Shown: positions 9,007-18,973 of the stretch, in pieces
Layout: every line of letters starts with the position of its first letter
Numbering within the stretch: the first letter of the stretch is position 1
Assembly (NCBI GenBank): GCA_002269645.1
Contig: NIVC01002887.1
Location: 1 to 24,980, forward strand
Source: Macrostomum lignano
Taxonomy: Eukaryota
Direction: 5' to 3'
DNA length: 24,980 nucleotides
The notes under the pieces: model-generated
Database searches by the model: none
The model's input: only the letters and a program-made list of their open reading frames with translations
Told to the model about the DNA's origin: nothing
Program-made: the position numbers and the translations under genes

Positions 9007-10900
9007 CTTGAAGGTATGATTTTTATAGTGCAGGCATGCATTTGAATTCAAGCTGGGGTGAGATTTCAGGGCTGAGAGTGAGCTTGCAGAGCTGGGAGTG
9101 AGATTGCAGAGCTGAGAGTGAGATTGTAGAGCTGGGAGTGAGTTTGCAGAGCTGAGAGTGAGATTGTAGAGCTGGGAGTGAGATTGCAGAGCTGAGAGTG
9201 AGATTGTAGAGCTGGGAGTGAGATTGCAGAGCTGAGAGTGAGATTGTAGAGCTGGGAGTGAGATTGCAGAGCTGAGAGTGAGATTGTAGAGCTGGGAGTG
9301 AGATTGCAGAGCTGAGAGTGAGATTGTAGAGCTGGGAGTGAGATTGCAGAGATGAGAGTGAGATTGCAGAGCTGAGAGTGAGATTGCAGAGCTGAGAGTG
9401 AGATTGCAGAGCTGAGAGTGAGATTGTAGAGCTGAGAGTGAGATTGCAGAGCTGAGAGTGAGATTGCAGAGCTGAGAGTGAGATTGCAGAGCTGAGAGTG
9501 AGATTGCAGAGCTGAGAGTGAGATTGCAGAGATGAGAGTGAGATTGCAGAGCTGGGAGTGAGATTGCAGAGCTGAGAGTGAGATTGCATCTCTGAGTGAG
9601 ATTGCAGAGATGAGAGTGAGATTGCAGAGCTGAGAGTGAGATTGCAGAGCTGAGAGTGAGATTGCAGAGCTGAGAGTGAGATTGTAGAGCTGGGAGCGAG
9701 ATTGCAGAGCTGAGAGTGAGATTGTAGAGCTGGGAGCGAGATTGCAGAGCTGAGAGTGAGATTGTAGAGTTGGGAGTGAGATCGCAGAGCTGAGAGTGAG
9801 ATTGCAGATCTGGGAGTGAGATTGCAGAGCTGGGAGTGATATTGCAGATCTAAGAGTGAGATTGCAGATCTGGGAGTGATATTGCAGATCTAAGAGTGAG
9901 ATTGCAGATCTGAGAGTGAGATTGCAGAGCTGGGAGTGATATTGCAGATCTAAGAGTGAGATTGCAGATCTGGGAGTGATATTGCAGATCTAAGAGTGAG
10001 ATTGCAGATCTGAGAGTGAGATTGCAAAGCTGGGAGTGAGATAATTGCAGATCTGGGAGTGAGATTGCAGATCTAAGAGTGAGATTGCAGATCTGGGAGT
10101 GAGATTGCAGATCTGGGAGTGAGATTGCAGATCTGGGAGTGAGATTGCAGATCTGGGAGTGAGATTGCAGATCTGGGAGTGAGATTGCAGATCTGGGAGT
10201 GAGATTGCAGATCTGGGAGTGAGATTGCAGATCTGAGAGTGAGATTGCAAAGCTGGGAGTGAGATTGCAGATCTGGGAGTGAGATTGCAGATCTAAGAGT
10301 GAGATTGCAGATCTGGGAGTGAGATTGCAGATCTGGGAGTGAGATTGCAGATCTGGGAGTGAGATTGCAGAGCTGGGAGTGATATTGCAGATCTAAGAGT
10401 GAGATTGCAGATCTGGGAGTGATATTGCAGATCTGGGAGTGAGATTGCAGATCTGAGAGTGAGATTGCAAAGCTGGGAGTGAGATTGCAGATCTGGGAGT
10501 GAGATTGCAGATCTGGGAGTGAGATTGCAGATCTGGGAGTGAGATTGCAGATCTGGGAGTGAGATTGTAGAGCTGGGAGCGAGATTGCAGAGCTGAGAGT
10601 GAGATTGCAGATCTGGGAGTGAGATTGTAGAGCTGGGAGCGAGATTGCAGAGCTGAGAGTGAGATTGTAGAGCTGGGAGTGAGATTGCAGAGCTGAGAGT
10701 GAGATTGTAGAGCTGGGAGCGAGATCGCAGAGCTGAGAGTGAGATTGTAGAGCTGGGAGTGAGATCGCAGAGCTGAGAGTGAGATTGCAGATCTGGGAGT
10801 GAGATTGCAGAGCTGGGAGTGAGATTGCAGATGAAGGCCATGAAAAAGATGACACACTGTCCTTTCTGTATCTACTTTAGTATTGAAGCCGCGAATTTAC
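9007..10900 (-). other. Predicted intron of the SID-1-like gene
   Basis: Donor gcg|gtaaat at 10901/10900 and acceptor AG at 9008-9007 keep phase 0 between the two ORFs. The acceptor is AAG, so the boundary is approximate. Confidence 0.7.
9055..10830. repeat. 20-bp minisatellite, ~88 units, consensus GAGATTG(C/T)AGA(G/T)CTG(G/A)GAGT
   Basis: Directly visible; it explains all the LQSHSQLCNLT-type ORFs between 9023 and 10857. Confidence 0.99.
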
Positions 10901-11858
10901 CGCCTTATTCCGATCAGCAACCGCCGCAGGGCCTGGCGCCTTCCAGCAGATGCGCGCGCACACGGGCGCCAGCAGGAGCAGCAGGAGGAGGCAGCCGGCT
11001 GTCAGAGCCACGGGCAGGCTGGCCGCGTGAACTGGCAGCGACTGGACAGTCAGGCTGAAATTCGTCTGGCCGCCGCCGACATCGCTAATTCCGGTGTCCA
11101 AGATGCCGCACTGGCCGCCCCCGTCAGGAAAAGTCCGGACAGTCAGGAAAAATGTCGATAGCGTGGAATTTGCGCTTCGAATTGTGGCGGCGGCTGCACT
11201 GACTAGAAGGTAGCCGCTGCCTGTCAGGGTCTGCGCACTGATGACGCTGCTTCCCGAGTCGCTCAGCGGACATCGAGCCTGATGCAGCTGTACCAGAGCG
11301 CAGCGAATCGACGGCGCCGCTCTGAAGGCCAGCCGCCACGCTGTTTGGAGCGCCGCTGGACCTGACGGCACGCGAATCGCCAGCAGTTGCGGAGAATCCG
11401 CCGATTCCACCGTGAAACTGACGCTGGAGCCCGGAGTCACGGTGAAGTCCGACATCAGCTGGCCGGAGAACTCAACCAGCACCGGCCGGGCAGACTGGGT
11501 AGCGATGGTCAGCGTCAGCAGCTCCCAGTCTGTCGCCAGCTCAAATTCTCTGCTCAAACTCATTGGAGGGCAAAGCGTCCTAGCAACGGTTGCCAATGGC
11601 GCTGTAATTATCCAAGATTCGACAGACTCTCTGTGCTGCAGGCCAATCAGAACTGGCGCGACAGCTGAGGCATTCGGCGACATGACTCGGAGTCTGAAGG
11701 CCGCATCGAGAAGCTGCTCAGCCGGTATGGAGAACTCGGCCTGGTACGGCCTGAGTCGGGAGATAACAGCTGTGTGCGCTTCATCAATGGATGCAGACTC
11801 AGATGGAACCCAGCTGACTAATAGAAGTACTAGCCGCGATAAAACGAAAGGGACGCAT
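10901..11858 (-). CDS. sid-1: SID-1/SIDT family protein, exon 1 (signal peptide, extracellular beta domains, first TM helix); a 1-bp indel near the start is inferred
   Basis: The frame of ORF 10877..11683 stays open upstream (VLSRLVLLLVSWVPSESA, signal-peptide-like). An ATG at 11858 (MRPF) lies one base out of frame. Extracellular-domain pattern RLRV....A.APVL...HRESV.SW and C..VQL....CP..D......QTLT...V...FFLTV...D...CG, followed by the TM segment LPVALTAGCLLLLLLLAPVC. The joined protein is ~775 aa, a normal size for the family. Confidence 0.8.
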
Positions 11859-11927
11859 TTCCAACAAAGTAGAGGATATAATTAAAAGCCTCTATAATAT
11901 TCTGCACGGGCCAGCTCAACTTCGCCA

Positions 11928-11935
11928 TTTATATA
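11928..11935 (-). promoter_or_regulatory. Candidate TATA box (TATATAAA) of the SID-1-like gene
   Basis: tttatata on the plus strand, ~70 nt upstream of the inferred ATG; motif and position only. Confidence 0.3.
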
Positions 11936-12701
11936 CTCTTGATTCTCAGCATACGTGTATCCTCTAGCTATCTCTGTGCAACAGAGCCTTGAAATGGTCT
12001 ATTTTTAATTAATGAGCTGATATAGCTAATTAATTTTGCAAATAAATGGCCGCATAGTTCAATTTGGCCGGATGTGGTTTTTTTCAAACAAAAAATTTCG
12101 AATGTTTTTCAAGCAGTTTACTTATAGCCAGAAAGCTTTAATTCGCCTCGCGTGTACCTCATACACTACACTATCTTGCATTGCTCAGTGTTTTGAAAAA
12201 AAAACTTGATAAGTGACTCTCTTGACCTTTAAGTCTATATTCTTAACGTCATTTAAGACGCCTAACTTTTTCGGTGTGAAGGATTCACTTGAATTTTTAT
12301 TACTCTATTTCCGTACTGTAGATTGTGATGGGTTTCGGCCTTTCGGCCCCCTTGTGGGGAAGCCTTCGGGCCTCAGGTCTTAGAAATAAATCAATTAGAG
12401 TCCTGGCCCCCCACTCCTGTCAGATGGTCAGCCCCATGGTAGCTGTGATCTGTGGTGAGCAGTCTAGGTCCTATAGCTAAGAGAGGGACAGCGAGAGACA
12501 AACGGAGAATTTTGAAGGTAGAAATTAGTTAATCCGCAGATTAGCTAACTCGCTGCCACCAGCCCGTTCGTCCTGGCTCACCACACCGGGACTCTCAAAA
12601 TTGGGCTTCCGACTAGAAGGGGCTTTGCACTTACCTGCTGCCAACTAGTGTCTTTTTGCTGTCAATCTCGAAGTCATAGCCGATGATAAGGGACACTGGT
12701 T

Positions 12702-12799
12702 GGTTATTCGTAAGTGAGACTTTAGGATAATAGTCCTATGCTCACTCGTGCGCGCGCACTCATGAGGACTATTATCTAAAGTCTCACTTACGAATAACC
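12702..12799. repeat. ~36-bp-stem hairpin next to the Crypton-like element
   Basis: 12702-12737 pairs with 12765-12799 with a single 1-nt gap; the loop contains the palindrome gtgcgcgcgcac (12748-12759). Confidence 0.9.
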
Positions 12800-12818
12800 G
12801 CATTGTCGAATTTCAGTG

Positions 12819-13784
12819 GGGCCATAGACAAAAAGGGCATTGAAAGGAGAGAGGGGTTACCGAGGAGAGAGAGACATAAAGACTGAGGTGGTTTACTGGA
12901 GTTTGGGCCATAGACAACGAAGTTGCAAACAGGCTGGGGGTTAAGAGGGTGGAAAGGAAGGAGATGTGGAGAGAAAGAGAGAATAAAACGTAAATAGCTA
13001 CATTCGCTTGGCCATGGAGAACCAGACGTCATATCCGATCAACTGGGGCAATATGCCTGTCGAAAGTTTAGCCAACGTATCTAGCAGCGAACTCAATTGG
13101 ATCTCAAGACTTTCCACATCTCAGAAGGACATGAAGGATAACGAAGACTTTTTGAACTTCTTGCACTTTCTTGAGACCTGGAATCGGCTGGGCATTCGAT
13201 GAGCGAGATCATGGCTATCACGGGTCAAAAGTCCGAGAGCACGGTCCGGCGCTACCTGGCAGTTAAACGGGACAAGTCCCTGCAACAATGCAGCGATGCA
13301 GTGTCGCGTGCGTTGAACATGGGACAAAGCGCCGCGACCCACGGTCAAGTAACAATGCCTGCTGACATCAGCATCCAAAGTTCCATCGTGCAAGAAGCAG
13401 TGAGCGTGTCTGATGGTCGTCAGATGAACGATCGGAATATCTTTATTATGAACAACTGCACTTTCAACAATTGCAATCTGTAATGGTCTTCGGCACTATG
13501 ACAATTGCGCCATATTGATATTGCACAATTAACTTTCCATAGCGCTAATCTTTTGTTGTTGGTGTTTGCTGTTTTGTTCTAAAAATAGGCGTCCATTATC
13601 CCGAGTTTGAAATCATTATCCTGAAGTTTAAGTGAAAAAAATAAATAAATGTGCTCATGGTTTAACCATAGACGATTGCATTATCCTAAAGGCTGATTTT
13701 TGACAATGCTGGGACTCGATCGCATTGGCCATGCAGGTACAGAGGGGACTTGTGCAGGGGATTCTTGCGGTGGCGAGTCTATGG
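12819..13784 (+). mobile_element. Crypton-like (tyrosine recombinase) DNA transposon, internally deleted derivative; boundaries approximate
   Basis: A tyrosine recombinase remnant inside; CCATAGAC direct repeats at 12822, 12908 and 13666, plus an inverted copy at 13777; no long TIRs around the ORF; an A-rich aataaa at ~13640. Confidence 0.6.
13014..13483 (+). pseudogene. Truncated Crypton/DUF3504-type tyrosine recombinase
   Basis: The N-terminal part LANVSSSELN.ISR....KDNEDF resembles the ELxxxLSRF...KDGEDY start of Crypton recombinases. After a 1-base frameshift at ~13198, LGI.MSEIMAITGQKSESTVRRY matches the box II pattern G....IM..TGH(K/R)S..S...Y. The C-terminus MNNCTFNNCNL* is typical of the family. 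The central R/HxxR region is absent. Confidence 0.7.
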
Positions 13785-14898
13785 GGTAGCTATACATGTA
13801 CTATTACATTGCTAAATACGAAGAATTGTACTTTTGGCCTTCAACGCGCCAACTAGCCTCTCCTAGCGCTGATGATAGACTAACTCGAACTTCAGAGACC
13901 GCATGATTGATCACCCGAGCCACTTGGCTAACCTAGAGTGCACAGAGTACATCTCTGGAGCCGATTCTGCACTATTGGCAATTTCGCTAACGATTTGATA
14001 GCTCGTAGATTGATCGACTGAGAACTGCCTTGCCATTGGTCCACTGTGACCGGCGCCTACTAGCTTAGCTATTTATCTGAGCCATCGGCGAACAAAGAAA
14101 TAGAATTGATAAAAATAACTGTTAGATTTAACCTTCTCTTTAGATCACAATTCACACTTCAGATTGAATTGGGGTTTAGACTACTAGCAGTATTATTGAA
14201 TGACTTCTGCCTCGATTAACAGCACTACTGAATAAAATGAGCAAAATTTTGCGCCTAATCCAGCTACTGAAACAGGGGACAGATAAGGAATCATCCAATC
14301 AAGCAAGTCTAGGCAGCCTCTCACCCAACCAATCAGAAACTCAACAGCCGGAGACCAGGTAATCCACAGTGACCGAATCGGCTTAGTGCTTCGCAGCTGT
14401 AGGCCCGGGATGATGCTGATGTCGTAATCTTCGCTAATAGCTAGCAGGTGATGCACTTCACTTTGATGTTCACTGCTGATGACCGGGGGGACTCGCCCTT
14501 GATGATGATGGGGGGGGGGTCGCAATCCGTGGATCAAGAAACGACGGTCAATTCCTGGCCGGTCAATAGGCCCTGACCTCATAAATCTTGATGGCCTGTC
14601 AAAATGATGAGAAAAAAGCTTTCATTCGCATCCCCTCAGACCATCTGGCGCCCGCCTCAACACTGAGTGAGGCGCAGGTGGCTGTCAGAATAGCTTCGAA
14701 AGCGATGATTTATGACCCAAAAAGCTGCGCCTATGTTATTATGACTACTAGTATGACCAAACATTATATCTAGTATAGATTCCATGACAATTCGCAGAAA
14801 AAGGATAAAAATGCCCATTGTTGCCCACTGTTAGTAGGCTAGTAAGTTTAGAGCCTATGTGCTAGCGCGGGATTTGGAAAAAAAGTGCGTCCTCATCA

Positions 14899-15227
14899 AT
14901 TGTAGGGCTGACTTGAGATTGCAGAGCTGGGAGTGAGATTACAGCTTCTGGCGCCGCGCAGGCTTTTTTTGGCGCCACAGCAGGCATTTCCTTTGGCGCC
15001 GCAGGCTTTTTTTTGGCGCCGCAGGCATTCTTTATATTTTGGCGCCCTATTTTAGCGCCCTTCTCTATATTTTGGCGCCTTGAGGTGAAAAAAAAATAAT
15101 TTCACTATAGTCACAAGGTTTGGGGGAGGGGACAAAGCATTGACATGTCCCCCCATAGCTTTTACTGGGGAGGATAGCCCCCTGTCCCCCCCCCAGCGAT
15201 GCGCCTGGCTGAGTGAGGTTGCAGAGC
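14899..15227. repeat. Composite interspersed repeat: solo 20-bp satellite units flanking a GGCGCC array
   Basis: tgagattgcagagctgggagtgagatt at 14914-14940 and ctgagtgaggttgcagagc at 15209-15227. GGCGCC occurs at 14950, 14971, 14995, 15015, 15041 and 15073, usually preceded by a T run and often followed by gcaggc. Confidence 0.7.
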
Positions 15228-17471
15228 ATTTCAAAAATTTATACCTCCATAAGCCATTTTAGCACACAGAGCATTCTTAAAACGCTGTTGGTTGGTTGGA
15301 GCATGCATGGACCCAAACCCCGGATTCACATTTAGCCCCAAATTAATCATGTGACAGCACTTGGGCAGGTAATTGAGCAGTCAAAATATTTTATTGTATT
15401 GTATAGCTACGAGTACATAGTTCTTTAGCAAATGGTAAAAATAAGAAACTGCACTTGCATGTATTGATTGGGATCATTCAACTAGCAGTGCACACTCGAT
15501 CTGCCCTCTATTGCATGCACAGTTCCTCTCAGAATTGCCTCTCCTTATGATGGATGCATTTAAAATGCATTTAATTTGAGGTTGTTAAAATCTCAAATCA
15601 CAATTGACAAATTCAAAATAACCGCGCCCTGACCTTTGACCTTGGAGATTGAAGTTCTTTCGTCGTCTGTCTAGCTGTCTCACTGATCTCTGATTACATG
15701 TAGTTGTAGAATTAATAAAACAAAAAATCAAAGTTACATTGAACTTAAATTTACAAGGCCTTAAATAATTTTGGTTGCAACTTGGTAATTTTGAATCTGC
15801 ACGTTCTAGAATCCAGAAGCTACATGTATAATTACTAGAACTTTCTAGCAGTCGGTTGCTTTGCTTTAACTAGGCCTAGCTATAGGGCCGCGCCTATACG
15901 GTAGTAGGTGCGATAAAAGTAGGAGGTTCCAAGGGAGTTTCTGGTTTTCTAAAAATGCATTTATTTTTCCTCAAGTCTGATCTGGTCTGGTCGTGTCTCG
16001 TGTCGTGGTGTTATTTTAAGCTAGGCCTAGGCCTAGCAATGTAAAAGCTTTATTTTTGTGAAAATTCTATCGGGAACAGAATCTCAAACTCATATACATA
16101 TAGTCGTCATACATGTACAAACTACCTGATCGAGACATAACCATGCCCAGGTAAAATGAACCTTATAGCACACAAGTAGTACAGCTATAGGGCCTAATAC
16201 AGCAGTACTACATTTATGATGAGTTTAGAATTTTGGACAGGTAGATATTCTCTAGACTTGAGAAATGATATTAGTAGGCCTACATAATATCAATTATTTA
16301 AAATTGCAATTTGAAGCTCAAAAGTCTCTGTCTAAATCCTGCACTTTTTATATTAATAAATAATTTATGCCCTAGTAGGCCTACTTGTTTTTGTTTTGTT
16401 GTAGGTTGAATTAGGACAAATATTATAATCTAAGTCTAATAGAAAGTACAAATGATGAAGTGCGTAGCAGCCATCTGCTACGTACTTCATCCAGAATATC
16501 TGGTATTTCCAGAATACCGGAAAATGATTTCACACTGAACCCTGTTTGTTATTTTTGGCTTATTAATTCATGCTCACGATTCTTTAAGTCCATGATTATA
16601 ATATTAAAATATACTTGTAGGCCCGCAATAGTAGTCATGGATTTACGAATTTTGTTTAAGTGCATGAGTCTATAATTGTTAAATCAAATTAGAATAAAAA
16701 TTAATAGACAAAATGGAATTTTTTTAAATTATAACTCAACACATATCGGATTGCTATACTCGTATTGTGTTGTTCAGGGATGCATTTGGGAACAACAAAA
16801 AGTAGGCCCAGTTCATTTCAGTTTATGAATTACAAATGAATTTTTTAATAGAAACTTATTGGAATGCCAGTTTCAAAATATCTTGACAAAAGTCCGCAAA
16901 CATTCAAATTTGCACCAGGCTATAGACACTTACTTTTTGCACCATAGGCACTCATTTTGTGGCATTGCATGTGCTCATTTAAGTGTTTTAAACATTCATT
17001 TTGGCGCTAGTGGTGCTATATTTTGGCACTTTAAAACAAATCTATTGATTGGGGAAACAGTGCAAATTAGGCCTACCTATATAGCATCAATCTCATAGCT
17101 TTTTTAAAGAGAGGGTGGCCCACGTATAACACGCCAAATTTAAAGTAAAACATTAATAACTTTGTCATTTGCAACCTATACGAGGTATTGACAAAATTTT
17201 AACACTTAATGTTGCCACAAGTATAGCATACTAGCCATGTAGCCCCCCACTGGGGGGCCTTAAAAATGACACCAAATTGCCATAAATCAAAACTTTAATC
17301 AGCCAAAAAAGTTTCCTTCATCAACCCAAAACCCTTTCTCAATCAGCAAATAGTGCTTATCCTTTCAAGCACTAACTCTTAGTGCATATTGTCACTATGG
17401 CCGGGGCATATTCTGGTCTACAGCGGGAGCTCACAGCCTTAGGCCCCTCTTTATTAGCCTAACTCAAAGAA

Positions 17472-18028
17472 TCCCCCAGAAAGCAAGCATCCCCCAGACA
17501 GCAAGCATAAGCAAACATCCCCCAGACAGCAAGCAATCCCCTCAGACAGCAAGCATTCCTCAGACAGCAAGCATTCCTCAGACAGCAAGCATTCCTCAGA
17601 CAGCAAGCATTCCTCAGACAGCAAGCATTCCTCAAACAGCAAGCATTCCTCAGACAGCAATCATTACTCAGACAGCAAACATCCCCCAGACAGCAAGCAA
17701 TCCCCTCAGACAGCAAGCATTCCTCAGACAGCAAGCATTCCTCAGACAGCAAGCATTCCTCAAACAGCAAGCATTCCTCAGACAGCAATCATTACTCAGA
17801 CAGCAAACATCCCCCAGACAGCAAGCAATCCCCTCAGACAGCAAGCATTCCTCAGACAGCAAGCATCCCCCAGACAGCAAGCATTCCTTAGACAGCAAGC
17901 ATTCCCTAGACAGCAAGCATTCCTCAGACAGCAAGCATCCCCCAGATAGCAAGCATCCCCCAGACAGCAAGCATTCCTCAGACAGCAAGCATTACTCAGA
18001 CAGCAAGCATAAGCAAGCATTTCTCAGA
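17472..18028. repeat. 18-bp minisatellite (CAGACAGCAAGCATTCCT), ~30 units, with higher-order blocks
   Basis: Directly visible. The variant marker aaacatcccccag recurs at 17513, 17677 and 17805. It explains ORFs 17454-18020. Confidence 0.97.
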
Positions 18029-18107
18029 CCCAGGGCACACACAGATGGACAATTTTTAGCATCAGCCAATGAAATGCTTCAGCAATGCAGTCAAATACAT
18101 AGAAGCT

Positions 18108-18169
18108 GATATACACAGTGAGTGATATACACAGTGAGTGATATACACAGTGAGTGATATATAACAGTG
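18108..18169. repeat. 16-bp tandem repeat (GATATACACAGTGAGT), ~3.5 copies
   Basis: Directly visible. Confidence 0.9.
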
Positions 18170-18184
18170 AGGCCAAATCATGTT

Positions 18185-18482
18185 GGAAAGAATAGAATGG
18201 AGTGCTGATCTGAGCCAGTTGTTTTTATCTCACTCGATCTTAACTTTTAACATCCCTTTCCCCTGTTCTTTCCTATTGGCTCGTGACTACCATAGACAAA
18301 GTATTTTTTGTCTCATTTTCATTTTCATTCCCCTCTGAAAGGTCTGTCCCAGCATAGTATGAGCTCGCATCAAAATATGCTTTTAGCCAATAGGAAGGAA
18401 CGGGGGGAAAGGGATGTTAAAAGCAAAAATTGAGCGAGATAAAAATGACTGGCTCAGATTGGCACTCCATTCTATTCTTTCC
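18185..18482. mobile_element. Palindromic MITE-like element with ~97-bp imperfect arms
   Basis: 18185-18281 pairs with 18385-18482 (ggaaagaatagaatggagtgc... / ...gcactccattctattctttcc); CCATAGAC lies at 18290 in the spacer. No clear target-site duplication. Confidence 0.65.
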
Positions 18483-18842
18483 TCCATGGGCCTAATACAC
18501 AGTTGCATATAATACTTCAACGCTTTTAAAGTGCACTGGCTGATATCTCTCTTTTATACAAAAAAGCATGTTTTCGAATACACGTATTTAATTACTTATA
18601 GAGAGTAGCATTAGCTCAAGAAGTTGAAGTTTAGTCTATGGCCATAGTTATATTGAGCTCTCACTATGAGAAAAATACACTAATTAGATAGGGAAAATAT
18701 AGTTTTCCAAATATTTAACCATCTTCCCATTCGATTTTATCAATGCAATTACATCCACACAATCTCACAAGAATTTCCGAATGAATAAAGCAAGTTTGAA
18801 AAAAATTGGTTCAGGCTTCAGGCTATAGACTGAAATACCAGT

Positions 18843-18912
18843 CAGACAGACAGACAGACAGACAGACACACAGACAGAGAGACAGTCAATAGACAGACAG
18901 AACGACAGACAA

Positions 18913-18973
<61 letters not shown>
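18843..18973. repeat. (GACA)n microsatellite
   Basis: Directly visible. Confidence 0.97.

Noticed and set aside
7688-9041. Multiple overlapping plus-strand and alternative-frame ORFs across SID-1 exon 2, and likewise 10883-11885 across exon 1
   Set aside because: Expected shadow ORFs of GC-rich coding sequence, with no independent motifs.
9023-10857. Long LQSHSQLCNLT repeat proteins as stand-alone genes
   Set aside because: Translations of the 20-bp satellite, open in several frames at once.
13869-13895. ctgatga...gaa hammerhead-like core (also checked at ~14476 and on the minus strand at ~23800)
   Set aside because: No stem II pairing or GAAA/UH geometry.
14193-14773. ORFs 14193..14582 and 14588..14773
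   Set aside because: No recognisable domain, coding-like composition or splice context.
17110-17260. agagggtggcccac, a mariner-like end, followed by the gccccccactggggggc palindrome
   Set aside because: No matching opposite terminus was found in the window.
17454-18020. Cys-rich ORFs (CCLRNA, EECLLS repeats) resembling metallothionein or keratin-associated proteins
   Set aside because: Translations of the 18-bp minisatellite in several frames.
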